Below, in pieces: positions 1-10,744 of a stretch of DNA of 64,000 nucleotides (positions are counted from its first letter, which is position 1; the number at the start of each line of letters is the position of its first letter). The translations under genes were made by a program, and so were the position numbers. The notes under the pieces are model-generated. The model searched no databases and was not told the origin of the DNA. It was given only the letters and a program-made list of their open reading frames with translations. Source of the DNA: Adineta vaga. Lineage: Eukaryota > Animalia > Rotifera. The stretch is taken from the NCBI GenBank assembly GCA_021613535.1, contig CP075494.1, positions 8,928,001-8,992,000 on the forward strand, in the 5' to 3' direction.

Positions 1-1072
1 CATCGAGAAAAATATAATGGTTGGCATTGGAAACTTGTTTGTACTTGGAATCAATCTATTTGTCAGAATTTTGCTGTTAAGAATAAACTCTGTCAGAGAA
101 ATAATCAATTGATACAAACTCAAATACAAAAGTCCAAACTTTTGGCATTATCTTTCACATCGTTGATTAGTAAATTTCTGCGTTCAATATTCTACTTTGA
201 ATATGTATCTTATTTCATTTAGCTTCTACACAAATAAAGAAAAAAGCCGAATCAGTTATTATGCCAACTCAAGTAAACAATGATCATATATACTTTTCTT
301 CCATACATTCTGTTTGATTAGGATCAAAGAACATTTGCCGATATCAATGACCAGAATAAATCACATAATTCTCACTTTAAACAATTTTTAATTGTTTCTG
401 ATGATGACGATGATGATGATGATAATAACAATGATACGATGCTTTCCGACGAAATTTTACCAGAAATTCAAGTAAGTTTTCCATACATGATTAAACACAC
501 AATTCCATTTCTTAATAACTCATATTCAATAATATTTCCGATCGATTTCTCTGACCATCTAACTCGTTAATCCTTCCTTTTTAGATGCCAATCCCCGATC
601 GTGTCACACGATCCTCCCAGACTGATTCTCTTTCGTTCGAAGGTTGCATCAGTGAATTAAATATTAAAGAGCTAATATCTAAAAATATTCCACCCTTAAC
701 AGACTTCGAAGAAATTTATATCGCTACTCTTCTCATGGAAAAATTTCCGCCTTCCTGTTCAATACAAGATGCACAGATCTATCTTCATCAGAAAGTCATC
801 GAAATTATCAACAGAAACTATGGTATTCAGGTATGATTGCCAAGAACAATAAACAATAAATATGTTATTCCTTTTAGATGCAAACAATTGCACCTCATTA
901 CATCTACGATTTTCTCATTCGTCATCCTCTCATCGCTATTCGCTACAAACGATGGTTCTCGTCATGTGAATCTGCCCTATCTCTAAGTGGTTCTTCGATC
1001 GACACCAAAAAATGGGTATTATCCGCCATGATCAAAGGCGCTCTGATCTCCGACAGCATCGGAAGACCATAA
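1..1072 (+). CDS. 5'-truncated multi-exon gene, unknown protein; possible CENP-B/Tc5-type HTH near the C-terminus and an N-terminal Cys motif
   Basis: In-frame exons ~1-169, 223-271, 322-471, 585-830 and 878-1072 are joined by GT-AG introns. The protein has a poly-Asp tract. C-terminal 'PPLTDFEEIYIATLL...YIYDFLIRHPLIAIR' loosely resembles HTH_Tnp_Tc5. Confidence 0.6.
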
Positions 1073-1292
1073 TGGCTAATTCTTTATCAGTTTTATTCAA
1101 CTTTATATCTACATATATATTTATGCCTTTCTCTTTAATAAACTTTTCCAACAATACGCTTCCTATCCGAACCCGTTAGATCATAGACATATCGGCAAAG
1201 ACAGAACATCTCATTTCAAAACAATTTATTTAACGAACCGAGACATTCGACACACAAAACTATAAATATGCTAGATAATTTACATAGAGCAA

Positions 1293-2338
1293 TTAATAGA
1301 ATGAAGGAAACGAAGAATACGAATATGCAGTTGGATAGTTTGGGTACGCTGATGCTGCAGGAGTTGAATAATATTGATCCATCATTGGATAGTATGAAGG
1401 ATGAGTTGGTACATATGTCATTGGAGATGTTGATGACCAATAATCTATAATGGAAAAAAACTTTCCTTTTCAGAACACACGAAAGTTACTCAGATGCATA
1501 CGTGTTGCTGGACTGGAAGTTATTCTTGGATCAAACGAATTATCATTCGTAACATATGGTTTCATTTCTGTTATAGGTGATGATTGATATGTTGGAATTA
1601 CGTTTTCTTCATTCTCTGTAAATCTTTCGGTTTTTTGTTTTCTTGCACGACGATTACTAAACCAAACTTGTAAACGGCTTTGTTCAATACTTAAATGTTC
1701 CGCAAGATTTTCTCGCGTTGTTACATCAGGATAAGGTGTATGAGAAAAGAATTCTTCAAGCATTTCTAATTGTTCAGCGGTGAATGATGAACGAAAACGA
1801 CGTGCACTTATATTTTGACGTAATGGCAATGTATCATTTAATGAATTATCTAAATTGTAAAAGGGATTCATTTGATGAATAGTTCGAAAACCTTCTCATG
1901 TCTTACTTTTGCTTTCGTCGGATTCTTCGTTGATTGAACTGCCATCATTGTTACTTTCAAGTTGTTGACTATTCATTTTAGTTTTACGACGATTGCTGAC
2001 ACCAGGCTTATAAGAACCAGTTTCATTGTAACGAGAAAGTATTTTAGATACGCAACCATGAGATACTTGAAGCTAAAAGAATTCAAATCAGTAGGAAAGT
2101 TCAGAAGACTATGCAATCATACTTGTCGACTAATAACGCATGGACGAATGCCTTCTCGAGCCATTTCAATAATCTTTCGACGAATATCATTCGGTAATGG
2201 ACGACCATTTATAAAAACTCCACCAAGTTGATTAACACGACCATGACCAGCTAGAAAATCATAGTTTATCTTGAGATCTGTTTTTCGATTAGCAAAATGC
2301 TTACCGAGAAGTGCTTCTTGTTCAGCCTTACAAAACAT
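1293..2338 (-). CDS. Pax3/7: Pax3/7-class paired-box/homeobox transcription factor (PAI subdomain + S50 homeodomain, ~275 aa)
   Basis: Exons 2338-2305, 2250-2123, 2072-1907, 1849-1502 and 1444-1293 splice in frame. PAI: [62 protein letters not shown] (Pax3/7 signature RPCVISRQL). Homeodomain RRFRSSFT...YPDVTTRE...[10 protein letters not shown]. The tail is P/S/Y-rich. Confidence 0.9.
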
Positions 2339-3069
2339 GATACACTTTTGTTACTCCTAGAGCAAAAAGAAAAAACCCTACACTTATTAAAAACTCTACT
2401 TTGATTGTCAAAGTTGATGTGGAAGTTAAATTTATTGTTGATTGACTGTAATGAAGAAATGAAGATGAACAAGAAGTTATAAAAGAAGATAGGTGTGAAC
2501 GAAGTTGATAAATAGAAGAGAGAAAGAGAGAAGAGCAACCTGTTCGCTTAATTGATTAATAGATGATATAACCTGCTTCTAATTTGCTGATATGTTCTAA
2601 TAGTCTGTGACGATCAATTGTCTATTTTGTTGATTGAATTGTTGATAACAAGTAATCGTCAATGGATAAAATATTCTTTACATCATCATCATCAAGATGG
2701 TGTTATTTTCTATATTTTATGTTAAATGAATGATCAAACGATGACGTTTTCTTCTGGTGATGAGATTCGAACACAATGATTGTAAGTCGGATTTAGAGAA
2801 GAGGTGTTTCTTTTTGTACTAATAGTGTTAGAAATACCCACTGACACAAATAATAAATGTATTGGATTTCAATAAATTTTTCGTTCGAAAATTTCCTCTC
2901 TAAGAACAGATGGAAATTATATGAAGGACAGGTGTATTAAAACTGCTATCTGTGAAACTATCAGTCAAACGAACATTTCTTGTGATCTTTTATTAGAAAA
3001 ACTGAGTATCTGATTGAATTCGAAATATATTTCTTCAAGTTTATTTACATAAAACAATGAAAGATACAT

Positions 3070-3981
3070 CTAGAAACAAATCAATAGTTTGTCTTTTAAA
3101 TATCCTCTTAGTTCGTGATTGTACAAGAATAGATTAATAATATCGAAGGTAAGTGATAATTCAGCAATTGCGAAAAGAGTAGAAAGTATAATCGGATTGG
3201 CATTGTTAGAAGCAATTAATGAATACATAAAGGAAGGAGCCCATCCGCCAACAAAGATGCAAAACATAGTAACCATATGTTGTAATAGATGCAGATCACG
3301 ACGAGTAATATGATGATGTAGAGGACTTTTTGTTATTGTAACTGATGGTTCAATACGATTTGTAGATGAACGAACATGATCGAAGATGATGATATTTATG
3401 GTCAAACATATTAATGATGGAATGATTACGGTTATAAGAAATGAATAGATACCTATCCAAGATGGTTGATGACAGGTCTAAAAAGGAAAATATGTAGTTC
3501 AAATTCTGGCGCTATTAGAAAAGTTCATATAAATATTATTTCTTACTAGATTAGAAAGAATTGATGGAGGTAATGAAACGAGAATACCTGACATCCATTG
3601 ACTAATAATACAAAGAATGATCCATTCTTTCCTACGGAAAAAGATTTTTGTATGATAAACTACTCGGCATAAACGATAAACTGACACTTCGATCATTGCT
3701 AATGGTGCTTGAAGAGTGCACATCATTTGAAAATAGTTCAGAACACCACAAATTGTAGAATTAGAAAATAATTCAGGATGAAATCGTTGTAGAGTGAGAG
3801 TGCATAGCCAATATGTGCCGCAGCAAATAGCAGCAACGCAGAGATTTACTGTAAAAACATTATTTACATTATGAAAACGACGAATACATAAAGTAGAAAT
3901 GGAATAAATCGAAGCCAATAGAATCATCAAAATGAAAATAGAAATTTGAATATTATTTATAATTGTAATTATATGTACCAT
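3070..3981 (-). CDS. Orphan rhodopsin-like 7TM receptor, lineage-expanded family (copy 1, intact)
   Basis: Two exons with an intron at ~3546-3478, just before the ECL2 Cys. Seven hydrophobic segments. Family motifs RFHNVNN, HVRSSTNR, RRDLHLL, FVGGWAP and LFLYNHELR. Confidence 0.85.
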
Positions 3982-4364
3982 TAGGAAGCAAACACAAGTG
4001 CTATGAAAGATTAGTGTAAGAAATATCTGATGTTTTTATAGTTTTATACAAAGATGATTAACAATGCACGGCAATGATCAAGTAAAATAGAATAATGATG
4101 AGACATATACTAAGTTTAGAAGTGAGAAAGATCAATATTTTCCTATTTGATGTGTTCTTCCTTGAAATCAATATTGACAAGATATGATGTTCAAAGGAAA
4201 GTATGTGTTTTCTATTGAAATGAGTCATTAATTTATTTTCATAAACGTTAAAATATTTTATGAAAGCACAAATAATTTTCAATGAAATAAAAAGCACGTG
4301 AAAAAAGAAGTGATGTTAATGTTTTTTTCTTTTACTTCTCGATGTTGTTTGATAGATTTATTTT

Positions 4365-5259
4365 TCAGTAATGTTGATAGAGTTTTTCCCGAAAATAACG
4401 TCGTAATTCATGATTATAGAGATAGAGATCGATTATATCTAATAATAGAGATAATTCTGCTAATAATACACATATTGAAGATATGATTGAAACAAAACTC
4501 GGCTCAAAAACAATAACGTTATATAAGTAAACTGGACTCCATCCTCCTAAAAAAATGCAAAATGAAATAATCATATGTCGAAGAAGATATAGATCACGAC
4601 GGTTAATTTGTAAATATTGATTTTCATTTCCAGTTGTAAAGGATGGTTGAACACGATTTGTTGACGAACGAACATGTTGAAAAATTAAAATATTAATCAC
4701 CAAACATATCAATGCTGGAATTATTACAATTAGCGTGAGTGTATAAATTCTCCTCCACATTCCTGAATCACAAGCCTATAATTATCAACATGTTTTCTCT
4801 CTTTGAAGTTGAGTAAGAATGCTTACCGAATCGTTGAATGAGATTCTTGGTAATGAAAGTATCATTCCAGCTAACCATTGACTACTAATACATAGCATTG
4901 CCCATCGTTTCTTTTTGAAATAAGGTTTTGTATGATAAACAATAGAACATAGACGATGAAATGATGTCGTAACTATAGCAAGTGGTACTTGAAATGTACA
5001 CATCATTTCAAAGTAGTTCATAACAACCACAAACTTTGTAACCAGATAATGTTGATGGATAGAATATAAGTGAGATGAAATTGGAAATCCAGTATATGCT
5101 ACAACACATTGTAGCGATGCAAAGATTAACAGTGAAAACATTATTGATTGAATGAAAACGAGGAATGAATAATATTGGAATTAAATAAATCAAAGCTAAC
5201 AAAAGAATCAATACAAGAACACTGATTTGTATATAATTCAGAACTGTAGGTTCAGTCAT
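4365..5259 (-). CDS. Orphan 7TM receptor copy 2; +1 frameshift at ~5027 (pseudogene or assembly error)
   Basis: The N-half is nearly identical to copy 3. On the minus strand it reads gtttgtGgttgttatg versus gtttgtgttgttatg in copy 3. Intron ~4827-4776. Confidence 0.8.
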
Positions 5260-5937
5260 TGTATGTATGTTGCAGAAGTGCAAATGGAAGAATGTGAAAG
5301 GTGATACTCAGAGGTTTTTTAAGAGAAAAATGAGTAAAACAGAATAAGAGAAGTTCCTACACATTAGCAATCTTTAGAAAGAATGAAAAGAAGATTGTGT
5401 CATTAGTATCATCATTCTTCAACAACAAAGTATACATAACAATTTGCTTCATTACTATTTTAAAATATAGAAGATATAAATTCATTACTGATAGAGACAG
5501 AAAGAAAATCTTCGATGTTTCATAGATAATATCATCCTTTCTTTTTGACGGGAAAGTTTCACTATGCTTCAGTACATGGTTACTGATAAATTAAAAGTGC
5601 ATATCATCTGAATAGTTTATATACACAGCGTTTTCTAAAGTTAAAAGTTTTCCAAGACAGAATTATCTGATAACGTTCTATATTTCACATGTTCGATCGT
5701 TTCTTTATGTTTTGTAAAATAACAATCGATGATCTTGTTAGTTCTCCAAACAGATGTTTAGAAAATGTTATCCATATCCTTTTCGTATAATCAACATGAT
5801 AATTATCAGAAAGAAACCTCCAAACATTTGGTAAATATCTATCATTAACTCCAAGCGACGAAGGAGAAGAAGAGGAAGAAGGAAAAAAGAATCCATAGGA
5901 TAGATTCATTCGTTTGTTATTTCTAATCACTATCATC

Positions 5938-8896
5938 ATGAAAAGTATCTTCTTCTTTCTAACAATTATCTATCCTTTATTAATCAATAGTGAACAAATT
6001 GCATCATATACAGATATTCTTCAAACACATTGTTTACCTCCATTTCATTACTATAAATCGTGGTGTTATTATATATTTCCTAATATAACTTTGGATTGGT
6101 TATCAGCATCACGTTTATGTCATTCAATTGATAAATCAACACATCTTGTTTATATATCAGGTAATGATGAAATGCTTGATCCTTTACGTGATATATTAAG
6201 TAATCGTGAAAGATCCAAAGAAATCAAATCAATTTGGACAAATACAACATGGGGTCAACAAAAACGTACCATCTTAAGTCGACAATCCAAACGATTGTGT
6301 CGTAAAATTGAATTGAAATCGAATTTAAAATCAGGTCAAATCGATATGCTTCGTATGCCATTCACCAATTGTCGTGAAAAACATTCAGTTATGTGTCGAA
6401 GAGAACTTCCATTGAATATAACTTGTCGTCGACCATGGGCATTAATCTATGGTATATGTTATTATCTTGATGAACAAAGTCGTATGACGAAAACAGAAGA
6501 AGAAGAACGTAATATTCTTCAATGTGGAGCATGGGAAGGTGAATTATTTTATAGTTCTAGACAAGAAAAGAATATTCTTATACCATTTTTAACTTATTCA
6601 TTACAAAGTCTTCGATCAAGTCGAATTTTAACAGAAAATTTCGGTGGAATATCATATTCATTTCAAAATATTCTTCAAGATAATTGTTCATTAATATCCG
6701 GTGATGTTTATTTAAGTTCTGCTCTTACCCAATTACAACCATTCAATACAACAAAACCTTGTTCATCATATAATTCTTATACATTATGTCGACAAGATCA
6801 AAATATTACTTGTGAACCACCATGGTTTTATGATGATGGTTTTTGTCTATATTATTCGTCACAATCATTAGCTGATATGGGTACAGCAGCAATTGAATGT
6901 TCACAAAATGGTGGTTATCTTTTATATGTTAGTAATGAAGAAGAACTATTTCGTTTAACACATAATCTTGTTTCATTAGCACCATTTTTTAAACATCGAT
7001 CACTAGCAGGAGTCTGGTTAGCTTTATCTTACAAAGCATTAAGTTCAGGAAATAACGAAACAGAAGATAACTTCGATTGGCAATGGGATCTATCAATTCA
7101 ACCTTATTTAGATGATGATTGGAAAGGCTATGAATGGAAACGATTTTTTCAACATCGTTTATCACCATATATTGTTAGTGCAGGTGATTGTGCTGCATTG
7201 ATTGTTGATACAAAAATACGTGAACCAATTGAACGTACAACATGTCATAATCAACGAACAGTTGTTTGTCGAAAACCGTTGGATAATCAAATCAAATCAT
7301 TTCATCAAAAAAGTAATTATAAGAGATTCTTACGTTTACAAAATTTCAATGAATTTCCTGAATTTCCTCGTAAATCCAATAATATAACATCATTATCATC
7401 ATCCTTCATCATTACTCGTCATATATTCGAATTATTAAATAGTACAACATATCGCTTAATTCTTTATACCAATGGTTCATCAATATTCACAACACATCTT
7501 ATTTTTACATGTAAATCGAAAGGAATTCTGTTTGAAAGAATGATTTCAAATACTGATTTATCATCATTGATGATATTTGATGTATCAATAAATTCAACTG
7601 CAAATGAATATGAAATCTTCTTTAATCATCTTCGCTCATCAAAATGTACAAATACAACAACACATCAATGTATTTATTTATCATGCATAGAAAATGATCC
7701 ATGGCATTATTTATTACCTGAAATGCACACACGTCTTGATGCAATTCGTAATCATTCATCAACAAATCATCGATGTTTAATTAAATATAATTATGCCAAT
7801 TTACATGCACAGATCTGTTCAGTATTAACCGAACAATTTCGTGTATCAGAAGATATAATATTAACACCGTCATTGTCTTCAATTCGAACAAATGAATGTA
7901 TCGATTTCGGTGGACAATGTATACCAGATTCATTAATAAGTTCATCATCTATGCCATTTGCAGATGCAAATCTTCATTGTCCATCAGGATTAATTTGTTG
8001 GTTACAAGGTGAACGTTGTGGTGTTGATTCATATTGTATCAATCGTCTTCGATTTCCATGTCCAACTTCATCTCGTCTATTAAATATGACTTGTTCGAAT
8101 TCACATCATGATTGCTGTGCATCACTATCATCTCCAAGTGATTCTTCGGTGATTCTTTCTTCAACATTAATTCAACGAACATGGGATATTCTTTTGCCAA
8201 TCTATTATTTCTCGTTTCATGGAACATCGAAATGGGATAAATTCTTTTTTAATTCATGGTTACATATGGGTAGTGATCTCTCACATGATTTTATTAACGA
8301 TGAATTTTTATTCTCATGCACAGCTATATTTCATTGAACCAACATTATTATTAACTCATGATTCATGTTTACCAACACGTTTAACAAGTAATGATAAACG
8401 TTCTATATTATTTTCCATGGTAAAAAAAGATGAAATTGGTGAATATGATAAAGTTGCATTACATATTGATACTTATCAAATTTATTCACCATTTCAACTA
8501 GTTCGACTTGCATATCAACATGATTTTCTTGTTAATAAAACGTGGAAAAAATTACAAGATCATAAATTATTGAAAGAAAAAATCCATGAACTTCAGTGTG
8601 TTCTTGTACTAAATGAAAATCATGTGCGACGTATTCGATTTATTAATGATTTTGAACGACAATTTGTATTTGATGAAAATATTTCTTTATTTTCATTTAT
8701 CAATGCAACAAATGACGAGGAAGATACTGATGATGAATGGTCGTTTTCACCCATTGTTTGTGTACTCAATGGTAAAATGAATGATTGGACTATTGTTGGT
8801 ATTAGTGGAAGACAATTGAAACATAAATGTAAAATATTTAATCAAATGAAATATTGTCAAATGACATTTGTCTATTCATCAACATGGATTTATTAA
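5938..8896 (+). CDS. Secreted intronless protein: three C-type lectin-like domains, Cys-rich modules and a degenerate trypsin-like domain; 1-nt frameshift at ~8330
   Basis: Signal peptide MKSIFFFLTIIYPLLINS. CTLD starts CLPPFHYYKSWCY, CRRPWALIYGICY and CEPPWFYDDGFCL, with a VWLAL motif. Removing one T at 8329-8331 joins ORFs 5914-8337 and 8219-8896 to give CTAIFIEPTLLLTHDSCL ... SPIVC ... WTIVGIS ... TWIY. Confidence 0.75.
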
Positions 8897-9051
8897 AAAT
8901 ACACAGATTGTAGATTATATTTTCTTCTATTATTAATTTTTCACCTTTAGATTTATTTATATACATATTTCAATCAGAAAGAATTCAGTTTCATTAAACT
9001 CTTGTATACATTCAATGTCTATAAGATTATACAAGACAGTTTTATTTTGTT

Positions 9052-9952
9052 CTAATAACATCGACATATTTTCTCATAAAAATATCGTCGTAATTCATGA
9101 TTGTATAGATAGAGATCAATGATGACCATAAGCATACTTAATTCAGATAAAAGAGAAAAAATAGACCTTAAAATTGAATCAAAAACAACATCAGTAAACA
9201 AAGAATATATACTACTCGGATCCATCCTCCAATGAAAATACAAAATGAAATGATCATATATGGAAGAAGGTGTAAATCACGACGATTAATATGTGGATGT
9301 TGTTTTTTGTTTATTGTCATGGTTGGAATTGGAATGGATGGTTGAACACGATTTGTTGATGAACGAACGTGTTGAAAAATAAGAATATTGTTGGTTAGAC
9401 AAATGGCCGATGGAATTACAACATACATAAGAAAAGTATAAATACTGACCCAAAGGTCGACATCACAGGTCTGAAAAAAAAAGAATTTTTCTATTATCGA
9501 TACCGGATCTTCATGCTTACCGAAGCGTTGAATGAAACTCCTGGTAATAAAAGTATCATTCCAGCTACCCACTGACTACTCATACATAGAACTGCCCATC
9601 GTTTCTTTTTGAAAAAAGGTTTTGTATGATAAACAATAGAACATAGACGATGAAATGATGTCGTAACTATAGCAAGTGGTACTTGTAGTGTACACATCAT
9701 TTCAAAGTAGTTCATAACAACACAAACTTTGTAATTAGATAATGTTGATGGATAGAAATGAAGTGAGATGAAATTGGCAAGCCAACATGTGCCACAACAG
9801 ATTCCAGCGATGCAAAGATTAACACTAAAAACATTATTGATTGAATGAAAACGAGGAATGAATAATATTGGAATTGAATAAATCAATGCTAAGAAAACAA
9901 TTATTACAAGAATAAGGACTTGAACAATATTTATAATGCTTGTTTCAGCCAT
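9052..9952 (-). CDS. Orphan 7TM receptor copy 3; -1 frameshift at ~9218 in TM6
   Basis: Same intron position and motifs as the other copies. GGW-x-P is split between ORFs 9168-9572 and 9052-9243 (tgg atccg agt, one base short). Confidence 0.8.
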
Positions 9953-10744
9953 AAGAATAATGAGAATATAGACAGTTAGAAAAATAATGTTTTATGAAGA
10001 ACTTTTATACTCTTCAGTTTTTATTCGATAGATTCAATATAAAAAAGATGAATAATTGCACATTAAAAGTTTCTGCAAGAGTGGAGATGAAGTTTCACTC
10101 TTTTCATCCTTTTAGATAAAAATTTTGAATAGAGAAAGGAACAAGCATCATCTTATATATGTAACTCTTGTTGTTGTCCTTGTTGTGTCTTTAGAAAATG
10201 TACGATTTTGATTCTATTGTTGAAAAATAATCTAATAAGATATTTGAGTTTATTCAGTGTACTGTATTCAATAATGACAGTCTTTAAATTTTCTAATAAA
10301 TGATAGAAGAAATGTGGAAATAAGCTATAAAGTAACGACATGCCTGAATACGGCAAAGATTCTTCGTATTAATACACATTTAAAGTTATAACTCGACTAA
10401 AAATGATACTTAATTATTCAATAACACTAGAGATAAGTAGCTGTCCAATATTCTTTTGACAGCATTCGATATTTTACCTTAGGAAACACCCTCAAGATAT
10501 ATTGCGTCCGTAAAATTCAAGATGATTTATCTATAGACAATCAATGAAAATAACAGCATGTGCTTCCTTCAAAAGGTAGTTATTATATTGATTACTGATT
10601 AAAATTGTCTTGTGAATGTGTATACGATGTTTATTCATAAGACAATTCAATTTGAAGATTAAAAACACATTATGTACTACAATATTTGGTTTGCTTTATT
10701 TTTGAGAAAACAATAAAATTTAAATACAATAGAGAAACATATTT

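Noticed and set aside
1216-1450. ORF-track entries 1216-1440(-) and 1268-1450(+)
   Set aside because: Shadow frames of the last Pax3/7 exon (1444-1293).
2751-2800. Minus-strand GTTCGAATCTCATCACCA resembling a tRNA T-loop/B-box and CCA end
   Set aside because: The T-stem pairs poorly and no acceptor, D or anticodon arms can be built; at best a tRNA/SINE relic.
8326-8337. Programmed ribosomal frameshift in the lectin gene
   Set aside because: Not called as a feature: there is no canonical slippery heptamer or evident stimulatory structure, and similar homopolymer indels nearby favour sequencing error.
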